Assembly (NCBI GenBank): GCA_030390025.1
Contig: CM059434.1
Coordinates: 18,166,001-18,230,000 of the forward strand
Direction of reading: 5' to 3'
Length of the DNA: 64,000 nt
Source of the DNA: Squalus acanthias
Lineage: Eukaryota
Shown: positions 37,641 to 49,033 of the stretch, one piece after another
How positions within the stretch are numbered: position 1 is the stretch's first letter
How the letters are laid out: every line of letters starts with the position of its first letter
Program-made: the position numbers and the translations under genes
The notes under the pieces: model-generated
Told to the model about the DNA's origin: nothing
Databases searched by the model: none
Seen by the model: only the letters and a program-made list of their open reading frames with translations

Positions 37641-38088
37641 GGGTGTCAGCCGAGGCTCAGTGAGAAGGTTGTGGGTTCAAGTCCCACTCCAGAGACTTAA
37701 GCACAAAAATCTAGGCTGACACTCCAGTGCAGTACTGAGGGAGTGCTGCACTGTCGGAGGTGCCGTCTTTCGGATGAAATATTAAACCGAGACCCTGTCT
37801 GCTCTCTCAGGTGGACGTAAAAGATCCCATGGCACTCTTTCAAAGAAGAGCAGGGGAGTTCTCCCCGGTGTCCTGGCCAATATTTATCCCTCAATCAACA
37901 TCACTAAAGCAGATTATCTGGTCATTATCACATTGCTGTTTGTGGGAGCTTGCGGTGCGCAAATTGGATGCCTCGTTTCCTACATTACAACAGTGACAAC
38001 ACTCAAAAGTACTTCATTGGCTGTAAAGTACTTTGGGACGTCCTGAGGTCGTGAAAGGTGCTATAGAAATGCAACTCTTTCTTTCTTT
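37641..38088 (+). mobile_element. DeuSINE (SacSINE1/AmnSINE1-like tRNA-SINE), near full length
   Basis: tRNA-like head (ggctcagtg...gggttcaagtccc); Deu-like core gtgctgcactgtcggaggtgccgtctttcggatg...aaagatcccatggcac; LINE-like tail and (cttt)n. Confidence 0.85.
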
Positions 38089-38152
38089 GACAGTCTAGTC
38101 CATTGTTGCTTCTGGTCTCCAAAAACCTTGTCTGTTCTGGATGAGTAAAGTA

Positions 38153-38693
38153 CCTTATCTGAGGAAGGATGTTCTTGCCATGGAAGGAGTTCAGCGAAGA
38201 TTCACAAGGCTGATACCTGGGATGGCAGGAATGACGTATGAAGAGAGATTGGGTCGATTGGGCTTATACTCGCTGGAGTTTAGAAGAATGAGAGGGGATC
38301 TCATTGAAACTTATAAAATTCTGACAGGACAGGACAAACTAGATGCAGGAAGGATGTTCCCGATGGTCGGGGAGTCCAGAACCAGGGGTCACAGTCTAAG
38401 GATAAGGGGTAAGCCATTTAGGACAGAAATGAGGAGGAATTTCTTCACCCAGAGGGTGGTGAACCTATGGAATTCTCTGCCACAGAAGGCAGTAGAGGCC
38501 AATTCATTAAATAGATTCAAGAAGGAGTTGGATATATTTCTTAAGGCTAAAGGGATCAAGGGATATGGGGAGAAAGCAGGGACAGGGTACTGAATTTGGA
38601 TGATCAGCCATGATCGCATTGAATGGCGGAGCAGGCTAGAGGGGCCGAATGGCCTACTCCTGCTCCTATCTTCTATGATTCTATGATCTATGA
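38153..38693 (+). mobile_element. CR1-type LINE 3' end, young copy
   Basis: PYLRKDVLAMEGVQRRFTRLIPG...; nearly identical to the reverse complement of 21504-22035. Confidence 0.93.
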
Positions 38694-39899
38694 AGGCAGT
38701 TATTTTATTTCCACCAATTGAACATTGCAGCAGCAGTGAGCGTGGCAAACTGCTGAAGGCAGTCTTACAAATTAATTAAAATCCAATCCACAAGATATCC
38801 CATTTATTTGACCGAGCCTTCTCCAAAGAGATGTCAGCAAGGTTAATTGAATGTCTTGACTGTCCCAAAGTAATGTTCTGTATTGCGAGAAAAAGTGACA
38901 ACTGAGAAATGTCCTGCTCGTATTATTAAATCTATTTTAACTGGACGTTTTGCCACTGTTGTACTCCTGCAAGTCAAAGGACAACTGCATCAGTCAGAGG
39001 TTAAGAAGAGGAGTAATTTGTGAATGATTTAGTATATCTGAACAGCAGCTGTACAAACACAGTATTTCAGGCTTAGGTGTCGGGCTTCCTGAGCACTGCT
39101 ATTGGCATTCTCCGCCTCAGCTTAGGGAATGGGCTGATGCCACCTGTGCTTGTGCTAAATGAAGCCAAGCATGTTGCTTCACATTTAAAACTGCCAATTA
39201 CAGAAATGTCGCGTTATGTTACAATTTAATTGGCATTGTTCTGCTTTAAAAGTTCTAAAATATTCTCCAAACTATTTTGGCTTGCTATTTGGGGAAACCA
39301 CATCGAAGTTGGAGACGGTTAAAAGAATTAGCAAATTGTTTTGACTGATGGACATGAGGCTATTTGTGATCACATTCATGTAGGTTTTATGGATTCAACA
39401 TAATTTTCCTCGCATAATTGCACGTGAGCATTTCTTGCTGGCGGAATTAATTTAATAGTTCCCCGACATTGCCAAACAATTTTTCCGTTTTTCTTTCTCA
39501 AAAGACAAACGTACGGTTTTACTTCGGTTACTACAAACAAAATCGGATAACATAAGAAATCAGATTAGTTTGGCTTCATATGTGGTTGAAATGGTGAACT
39601 AGTTAATTTATGGAGTAGGGAAAAGGTGCCTCATGTGCAGATATGAGGCACTGTTTGTATTTCTTGCAGTCCCCTGTAAGACCAGATCTCTTCTTTAGCA
39701 TAAATGTCAGTGTTATTGTGTAAACAGGCAGATTGTTTTGCGAGAGTGCTTACTTTATTTTTCCTGTTCGTGCGACTTGTTAATAAGGTCATTATGTTTG
39801 TGTGTTTAACTGGGAAAACTGTCTTAAAGCTCTCATGCTAAATTGTCAGCACAGTGATTGATTTGGTATAATTGCCGAGGTTAATTTATTACTTTGCCA

Positions 39900-40140
39900 G
39901 CATCTGTGAGCCTGTTTATGTCATCAGAGAGACTAGAGAGTGCTTCCTATCACCCGCATGTAGAAGCTGTTTATATATATTTGATCCTCTGGGTTCTGCC
40001 TGAGGGAGCCTGACACTGCCTGGAGCCCTGCCTGTTCAAATTAGAACTTTTTTTGCAGGGGGTGGGGGGGCCTGCTTGTGTGTGTTATAGAGAAGCAACA
40101 GAATAAAGAGCTTGTGACACTTTTACACTCTCCTGATTCT
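39900..40140 (+). promoter_or_regulatory. Possible internal promoter upstream of the candidate exon
   Basis: tttatatatat near 39970, GGGGGTGGGGGG (Sp/KLF-type box) near 40058, ttatagag near 40085, in sequence with no recognisable repeat. Confidence 0.3.
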
Positions 40141-40447
40141 GCTGCAGCAGAGGTGAGCCTAGCAGGACAGCAGAACCCTTCTTGTTAAACTTGGAAGAGA
40201 GCTATTGATTTAATTTTGCAGTAACAGTGAGAAATCATTCCTTTGGCAGTCACGATAAGCATTTGAGACTGGAGAGTTACCTGGGTCAGAAACTCGTCTG
40301 ATTTGAGAAATGGCGATTTGAACTTGCTAGAGATGAAGCCTTTTGAGGTTACCAAAGCGGCTTTTTTCTCCCCCTCTGTGTTTTGGATAGTTAGTCTTCA
40401 GTGCCATTTGTTATTTCTTTGGCACTGAGCTACAAGGTGGAACTGAA

Positions 40448-40651
40448 ATGTCTGTTGTGAGCTCTCCTAACAAGCTAGCCAGTACCCTGCCCTGGCCCAG
40501 CCTCAACCATTACCCCTCTGTGCAAAGGAGGGGCACTAAGAATGGACAGTCAGAGCTGAGCAGCAGTGTCCATTGTTGTGATCAGTGCAACGGAAATTCC
40601 AGTTTTTCCAAAGAGCCTCCATCACCATATCCATTTGCAAATATGAATGAG
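40448..40651 (+). CDS. Candidate alternative NAV2 exon (internal first exon, 68 codons; or a cassette from 40391)
   Basis: No recognisable repeat; ATG with purine at -3; open for 68 codons to GAG|gtggga, phase 0, compatible with the exon at 55029; no transcript evidence available. Confidence 0.5.
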
Positions 40652-41960
40652 GTGGGATTATTTATTTAACGTGAATTGATTTGTCGTTAACAGTATAAAT
40701 GTCAAATCGACTTTTTTTCCAAAATGAAATGTTACTTATTTGTTTTGGACAAATGCTTGCAGGAGGAGTTATAAGATCATGTAGATTGGCCATTTGTGAA
40801 ACAACTGGCCTTTGTTTGCTCACTGAAAGACAACAGTGCAAACTTGTTTGAATGCTTTGTCATCAGGATTTTGTCTTTTATATTTGTCTGTGCTGCTGCT
40901 GTTTGGAAGGTTCCCCAATCTTTCTCGGAATAATCTTTGAGAGATTTTGAGTCGTAACGGTGCCTGTAGTTACTTTAATGAACATTGCAATAATGGCAAA
41001 AAAAAAACCAAAACTGCAAAAAAGGTGCAGAATTTAGGTAATATATGGCCAGAATTGTTGTGATAAAGGATCAACACTGCTGAACAGCGGTATACTGCCG
41101 ACTGAACAAGAAATTACATTGGACCGTATAACTCCAGAGTCTGTTGTTGTGACTTGGTTTATTTTGTGATAAATCACTGCTAAAATGTTTTTATTTAACT
41201 TGTGGAGGATGTGACTTTTCATTGAAACATAATGCACAGTGTTGAGGATAAAGTTCTGTGCCACTTAGCCAAAATGTGTTGCAGCAAAGGCTGACAGAAG
41301 GATGGATTAATAGAGGACGCATTAATAGAGGACGCATGTTGACATGAGTTTCGTGACAGCAGTGGGACTTGTTTCAAGGAGGAGAGTGCGTCATGTGTAT
41401 GATTGAGGTTACGGCCTGCCAGAGGGGCATAGGACCAGTAGGGAAAAGCTGGTAGGGGAGAAGTGGCATTATATTCGAAGCACTGTTGAGCCATGAATGG
41501 AGATCCATCAGTGAGATTATTGTAAAAACGCAAGAGCAGACAAGCTCCCAGTGCTTTGGCAGTGTATTCTATAACTGACGACTTGCAACATTTCCTCCTT
41601 GTGGGGAATCATCTGGACTCTGCTGTGTACCTTTCCCAACCATGTGGCTGAAGTTCAACCATACAGATCTGAAGGCCCCAGGTTCACTTTCCAATCTGTG
41701 CCAAGTTAACTGGTTTCAACTGAGCAGCGCAGGTTAGGGCTTAAAAAAAAGGACAACTTAAGATTGATATCGGGAAGATCGTAAACAGAATAGCTTTCTA
41801 TATAGAATGATGGAAGGGACAACTTTGGAGCCGGTTAAGAAAAAAATGAAATGTTATGGTGGGGTGGGGGGAGGTGTTGGATTTTTTTGGAAGGATGAAC
41901 CAAGATGGGGGTGAATGGATTTCTGCGTCTATTTATCTTGTGAATACAATGAGAACAATA

Positions 41961-42510
41961 TGTCAGCGTTGCTCAGTCGGTGGTACTCATGACTCAGAGA
42001 CAGATGGTTGTGGGTTCGAACCCCACTCCATGAATTGAGGACCAATGTTCCCTTTAATTTTTTTTGGGTGCGTGGCCCCTTTAAAGAGCTGCGTGGCCCA
42101 TTCAAAATAACCCACATGCGCGTTTTTGCAGCTGGAGCTGCAGAGTGCTGCGTGGCCGCGCAGCTTAAAGGGAACATTGTTGAGGACCTAATTAGGCTGA
42201 CACCCCAGTGCAGTACCGTGGGAATGTTGCAGCATCAGAGGAGCAATCCTTTGGATGAGGTGTTGAACCAAAGCCCTAGCTTGAGTAGACATTGTAGATC
42301 CACTGTCACTATTTGAAGACGAGCAGGGAGGTCTCGTGGTGTCCTGAATTCCTCTCCCAAACACCAACCAAAAATAGCTTATTTATCTTGTTGTTTGTGA
42401 GATCCTGCTGTATACAAAATAGCTGCTGAGATTGCCTACATAACAACTTCACTTTCATAGGAGTGGGACTTTTGTCAGAGACATGATAAAGTTGTGTACA
42501 AATGCAAGTC
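41961..42510 (+). mobile_element. Older DeuSINE interrupted by a hAT-like MITE
   Basis: tRNA-like head gctcagtcggtggtactc...gggttcgaacccc; body resumes after the insertion (aggctgacaccccagtgcagtac). Confidence 0.75.
42043..42179. mobile_element. hAT-like MITE (137 bp)
   Basis: Perfect 15-bp TIR caatgttccctttaa / ttaaagggaacattg; perfect 8-bp TSD ttgaggac (42035-42042 and 42180-42187). Confidence 0.92.
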
Positions 42511-42625
42511 AACATTTTGGGGCTTCAGAACCCCTGGGCTATGAAGGGGTAAGAAAATTAACCACAGCTCTCATTCCTAATTCCTATCCAGTGACCCCCC
42601 GCTTGAAAATGTACATGTGGGGACT

Positions 42626-43047
42626 TTTTTTAATTTGTTCCTGGGATGTGGGCGTCGCTGGCAAGGCCAGCATTTATTGCCCATCCCTAATTGCCCTTGA
42701 GAAGGTGGTGGTGAGCCGCCTTCTTGAACTGCTGCAGTCCGTGTGGTGAAGGTACTCCCACAGTGCTGTTAGGTAGGGAGTTCCAGGATTTTGACCCAGC
42801 GACGATGAAGGAACAGCGATATACTTCCAAGTCGGAAGGGTGTGTGACTTGGAGGGAAACTTGCAGGTGGTGGTGTTCCCATGCGCCTGCTGCCCTTGTC
42901 CTTCTCAGTGGTGGAGGGGTCGTGGGTTTGGGAGGTGCTGCCGAAGAGGCCTTGGCGAGTTGCTGCAGTGCATCTTGTAGATGGTACACACTGCAGCCAC
43001 GGTGCACCGGTGGTGGAGAGAGTGAATGCTTAAGGTGGTGGATGTCG
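42626..43047 (-). mobile_element. Non-LTR retrotransposon 3' end (CR1/L2 group)
   Basis: Minus frames IHSLHHRCTVAAVCTIYKMHC and ...SKSWNSLPNS...LQQFKKAAHHHLLKGN, then AATAAA and an A-rich tail. Confidence 0.8.
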
Positions 43048-43929
43048 AGTGAGAATAGGTAAAAGCTCTGGGAACATTTCCCATCATTCAGTAAGCTGTC
43101 AACATTGTTTCTTACCCCATCTTGTTCCAATTGAGTAGTCAGACTGAAGTCATCAGAGAGATGTCGACCAAAGAGATAGCTAAAGGTTCATACTCAGGGA
43201 CCCTGTGTCCACTCCAATTTAATTTGCAGTAAAGTGCAGAAGCTCACTTAACCTTTTATTATTTTCTATTTTAAGAGGAGGGATAGTTAAGCCTGCAATT
43301 AGTGTGAATCTACAGTGCACCATTCCCACTGTGCATTTGTTCATTTGCTGTTCAATAAATCTGTGCAGCGGTTTACAGCCTGAGCCATGATCCAGTGAAG
43401 TGTTTATTGTGCCATCTTCCAAAGTTGAGCATGATCACATGAAGGGTATGTGATATAACCAGTAAGCTGAAGTACAGAGAAGAGGATTCTCTGTTTGGCA
43501 CCTTGGCTTGCTGCAAATAGCCTAGATATTTGGCAGGCAAATGCATCCCAGCCATAGGGAGGGGGAAGGGGGGGAGCTTGGGACAAGAGCTTGCCTATGG
43601 GAGTGGTCTGAGATGCTGAATGGGAGAAAAAGATCGAGAGTTGAGACCCAAAAACATAAGTTAGGAACTCATGATGTGGGGAATTATAAATACGAAAATT
43701 TGTTCCCTACCAATACTGCCACAGCAGTCTGGAACACTCTGCTTGTTCTATCATTATGCTATTTTCTAATGACTATGTTTCTAATTAACACGTCAAAGTT
43801 TTGAGATTCTCTAATAAAAAAGGTGTGGAGGATTGTTCTACAAACAGAAATGCTGCACTGTAAATAATTTCCTTTTTTTTTTACAAAAACTTGAGTTGCA
43901 TGCCCTTCTTTCATAAATTTTAATGACCT

Positions 43930-44300
43930 ACGCTCAAACCTGGTAGACCATTGCCAGTTTTGGGTTCCCTACTAAGAAGGATGTGAAAGTCATGGAGAGG
44001 TAACAGAAGAGATTCACTCTGGTAATACCCGGGTTGAGAGGCTTTAGTTATCAGCAGGCACTACAGAAACAAAGACGCTTTTCTTTCGAACGGATAGGGA
44101 GAGTTTCATGAGAAGAGGAGTGCTGATAGAGAACACTATTTTCACTGACTGGTGAGTCTTCAGCTCAAGGGCATGAATGTAATCCAGATGTGGAATATTT
44201 GTGCAAAATGGCTCCGGGGAGAAAGAGAAAATTCCAATTCACTAAGTATGTGGAAAAAACCATTAGAATGCAAAAGAGGTGACTGGGTGGTTAGCTCTAC
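43930..44300 (+). mobile_element. Very degraded CR1-type fragment
   Basis: cagttttgggttccctactaagaaggatgtgaaagtcatggagagg...agattcac resembles CR1 QFWSPY-KD-LE-VQRRFT. Confidence 0.55.
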
Positions 44301-45505
44301 ACTGAAAAACTTATCAGTGTGCTGAAATTAACCCATCAGTAAAAAAGACAGCATTAATTTTTTGAAGGTAAATTACATTTTTATCCTTCACAGATTATGC
44401 TGTGGGCGACATATATTCGAATGTGTACCATCGGATAATGGTCATAAAAATGAAATCAACAAAGCATAACAATGATAGCAGAGTTAACCCCTGTGAAACC
44501 AAAAATGTCTTCAATAGCCCTCCGGGATATATAGCTGCAGTGCCTCAAAAGACTATTGTCCCTGAACAGTTTACAGACCACAAAGGCAAAAATACTATTG
44601 CCACTTTTTCTGCCCTTTGCTCATTTGCCGAAGTGTGTTTTTATGGTCAGTTGATTACAAAAGAACGCAGCAAGATTGCAGCTTGAGATTTGGATTTTGG
44701 GATGCCCAGTGGCAGTGAATTATCTGTTTACAAAGTTAGTGACATTCAATCATTCCTTTAGCAAGCAGCTCTTGAGCCCTTTTGCCTGTAAGCTTATGAT
44801 TTATTGCCTGGCAAGGGGGTTAGGGTCATGTTTTGAGATCAAACCATTATTATTACCTGTTATTTTTTTGAGGTTGCACCTTCATGGTTGTCTTATGATG
44901 GATGCAAAGCTGAGGCAGCAATGTAAATATTTCATGAAGATTGTGTACAGAGCAGGTATTCACGGTTTTCGATACTTACAAATTCTAGGGTGGCAGTGTC
45001 CAAAATCCAACTCTCAAGACTCCAGTGTATCGTGGGACTGACTACTACTGTTGCTTTCCTGGCAATGTACCCGATTTTGTTAATTTAATTTGTTTCCTTT
45101 GGCTGTTCTGTGTCTTTCTCTCACTATTTCTATCTACCTTACATACTTTCTATCTCTTTAAATCTTTAATACTTTGTTATTTGCTGTCAATTTCTCTTGC
45201 CTTTATGTCTCTTCCTTTCTCCCTTGGTTTTCCATTGCCCAAAATTCTCACTCTCCAAAAAGCTGTACAGAGTCAATTACGGTTTGCAGTAAAAAAAAAT
45301 TTAAAAAACTGTAATCACGCCTATTTGGTAAACCTGCTCTTCGGGCATGGAGAGATTCCTTAATGGAGCTATACAAAAAAGTCATTATTAATTATAATGG
45401 AAAACAATGAATTGAGACCCTCATGAATAATAAAGTTCCTGTTTTATTGCTTTATAAATTTTGAAACTATGAGCAATGCCTTTTTTTTTGCTGAAATGCA
45501 TCGCT

Positions 45506-45838
45506 GGTTGTTTCCCCTGGCTGGAGAGTCTAATACTAAAGAGCTTAGTCTCGGGATAAGGGGTCGGCCATTTAGGACTGAGATGAGGAGAAATTTCTTC
45601 ACTCGGAGGGTAGTGAATCTTTGGAATTCTCTGCCCCAAAGGGCTGTGGATGTTCAGTCATTGGGTATATTCAAGGCTGAGATCGATAGATTTTTGGACT
45701 CATGGGGAATCAAGGGATATGGGGATCTGGCGGGAAAGTGGAGTTGAGCTCAAAGATCAGCCATGATCTTAGTGAATGGCGGAGCAGGCTCGAGGGGCTG
45801 TATGTCCTACTTCTGCTCCTATTTCTTATGTTCTTATG
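45506..45838 (+). mobile_element. CR1-type LINE 3' end
   Basis: LFPLAGES...IRGRPFRTEMRRNFFTRRVVNLWNSLP; ttcttatg tail. Confidence 0.9.
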
Positions 45839-47101
45839 GTTGTGAGGGAACAAAGCATCATGGCCTTTGTATTGGTGGTGACAGTGCCCTGGTGCGTGGT
45901 GCACGATGAAATGTTAGTGGATCAACATAGACTTGGAGTAGGCCATTCAGCCCCTCGAGCCTGTTCCACAAAGCACAGAGCACTTGAAGTAAATAGGGGT
46001 TAACACAGTTATTATTTTGCCGGGGAACTGCCTTGTCCATCATAGCGCAAGACCAATTCTTACTTCTGTTGAATATCAATGGGAGCTTTAATTTACTGTT
46101 TTTTCTTTTCATTGCCTGATAACCTCGTGTTTTCTTTGCAGAGTTCAACCATGTCTGTGTTTATCATTGGGCTGATCTTCAGACCTTTCTCTCTGTTTGT
46201 CGAAATAACAGCATACCCAGCCCATAAATGATGGGAAAGGTTTGATCCTGATCTAGATAGATACAATGGTGATTTTGTTTGACATCCAGCAGTCTTGCTA
46301 ATCCTGTTTAAAATTTTATGCAGCATTTGTTCTATTTTTTGTGTGCATTGGACCTACTGGTTCACCAGGATTGTTCATCCATCAAAATTTCTCTTTCGAA
46401 ATATAATCAGATTATTAAATCAACACATTGCACAACAGCTGAATTGGAAATGAATGGAACAAAAGACACTGCAGATTATTTTCGCGATGTAACTGAGCAG
46501 AAATAAAAACAAAGTTATTGTTCCCGACGTGAGTGAATTCCACAGTAATTCCCAAATCTGAATTGATTTGAATGAGTGTAATTTATTATTATTGTAGGCA
46601 CCCCTTCCACCCATATCTTGTAGGTGCAGCAACAGGTATTAATGGCAGGTTAAGAACAAAACTTATTTTAAACCCAATTGCTCTGCAATAAGCAATGTCA
46701 TTCACATTTGAATCTTTGAAAAACAAAGCTCCAAATCTAAAGTTGTATTCTGTTTAAGCTAAGTTCACTTAGTTCTGGTCTGGTATAGATATATCAGGGT
46801 ATACGTAAAACCAAATAATAAACCATGTTAGTGGAAGGGTACACAACCTGTCTGAAAAGCACTAAATGTTGCTGAACGGATCAACAACTGAATACGGTTG
46901 ACATAAAATGAAAATGAGTGCATTAAGATTCATAATGGAAATGATTACAAAGCAGTGGCTGCATTGTGGGAGTCAGATGATTGTAAACCACTCTTGCTTT
47001 CCCCTCTCAATTTCTGACATAATTCTGAATCTTGCCCATAGATTATTGCTGGCACTCACGGACATGTCTCCAACCAGCCAAGCAGAGAAATACTTTCTAG
47101 C

Positions 47102-47469
47102 AATTCTGAGGGGGATTGACAGGGTAGATGCTGAGAGGTTGTTTCCCCTGGCTGGAGAGTCTAGAACTAGGGGGCATAGTCTCAGGATAAGGGGCCGGCC
47201 ATTTAAGACCGAGATGAGGAGGAATTTCTTCACTCAGAGGGTTGTGAATCTTTGGAATTCTCTACCCCAAAGGATTGTGAATGCTGAGTCATTGAGTATA
47301 TTCAAAGCTGAGATCGATAGATTTTTAGACTCCAGGGGAATCAAGGGATATGGGGATCGGGCGGGAACGTGGAGTTGAGGTCAAAGATCAGCCATGATCT
47401 TATTGAATGGCGGAGCAGGCTCGAGGGGCCGTATGGCCTACGCCTGCTCCTAATTCTTATGTTCTTATG
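47102..47469 (+). mobile_element. CR1-type LINE 3' end
   Basis: ILRGIDRVDAERLFPLAGESRTRGHSLRIRGRPFKTEMRRNFFTQRVVNLWNSLP; ttcttatg tail. Confidence 0.92.
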
Positions 47470-48200
47470 ACCGTACCAAGCAGATTAAAATAGCTTTGTT
47501 AAACACAAAAAGAAGCTGCCAATCAAAGATAATTCAACCAATCCCACAAGATGTTTGTATTTGAATTGAATGGCCTGGCCCCTCCCTCGTTTAACCTCGC
47601 TAAGACAAAACAACAATTGTTGCATACGTTGGATCAAAAATAAAATGGGGCATATTTTCTGTGAGTGAAGCTGGTTGTTAACCTTTTATGTAGTGTGACA
47701 GAAATCAAGTAGACAATACCATGCTAAATTTTCATGCTTTATTCCTGGCACACCACTTACTACCACAAGGTGATAAGAATAGGTCCAATTAAGATGAGTG
47801 GGATTCCTGTTTGTGAATATTTGCAGGAACGTACAAAATGTTTATTGCAAGGACGACCTTCGCTAAATTCAGTTCCGAACAATTTGATACTGATCAAAGA
47901 ATCCATTGATACCTTATATATTCCAATTGTTTGATGGCCTAGCAGCAGCATCATATTGGGATGATGGACCCCAATTCACAAAGCCCGAGTTCAAATCAGA
48001 GCCAGAACTGACTTTTGAACTCTGTTGCCCTTTGTAGGTGCTGTTTACTAGGTTCTACCTTCTTTCTTCCCTGCTTTCTCCTCTACCCCATTCTTCTCTC
48101 TATCACTTCTCCCCTCCTCTAAACAAAGCTTAGCTCTTGTAAACCTAATCAGTGCAGAGCCTCACAGTTCAGCCTGTGACATTTCCCCATTTAAAGCTTG

Positions 48201-48658
48201 AAAGAAAGAAAGTCTTGCATTTATATAGCGCCTTTCACGATCACCGGACGTCCCAAAGTGCTTTACAGCCAATGAAGTACTTTTTTGAAGTGTAGTCACT
48301 GTTGTAATGTAGAAAACGTGGCAACCAATTTGCACACAGCAAGCTCCCACAAACAGCAATGTGATAATGACCAGATAATCTGTTTCAGTGATTTTGATTG
48401 AGGGATCAATATTGATCAGGAAACTGGGAATAACTCCCCTGCTCTTCTTCAAAATAGTGCCATGGGATCTTTCACATCCACCTGAGACGGGGCCTCGGTT
48501 TAACATCTCATCTGAAAGACGGCACCTCCAACAGTGCAGCGCTCCCGCAATACTGCACTGGGGTGTCAGCCGAGATTTTTGTGTTCAAGTCTCTGGAGTG
48601 AGACTGAACCCACAACCATTACTGACTCAGAAGCGAGGGTGCTACCAACTGAGCCACA
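48201..48658 (-). mobile_element. DeuSINE (SacSINE1-like), near full length
   Basis: Reverse-complement homolog of 37641-38088 with a more complete tRNA-like head. Confidence 0.85.
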
Positions 48659-49033
48659 CTTGACGGTGCATAAAAAGGAATAATTGGAATGGGGGAGGGT
48701 TGAGTAGGTGTGCAATTGCAACAGCCAAAATTCATACTTTCTCTGTTGGATCTGCTGAATTTATCTGCAGTTATTATTTATCATGTTATCTACAGCATGA
48801 GACATGCACTAAAGAGTTGTTTGAAAAGATAGACCTGCATGTTTGAAATGAGGGATGTCTCAAATTTGTGCAGCTTGTCTCAGACCACCCAGAATGACTA
48901 CTTGTGGGTAACAGTGCAGCTCCGTGCTCTTTGTTTCAGCTGCTGCTTAGTTAAAAATGTTCGAAGTGACAGGGTGTTCCTGTGAACACTTACATATCGC
49001 ACTGCAGACATAGAAATTGCATAAAAGTATAAT

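Noticed and set aside
37641-37700. tRNA genes at SINE heads (also 3733, 41961, 48600, 56495)
   Set aside because: A/B boxes are present but no complete cloverleaf; each runs into a SINE body
41306-41335. 15-bp direct repeat attaatagaggacgc x2 (similar case near 59108)
   Set aside because: Simple two-copy slippage duplication with no spacer structure
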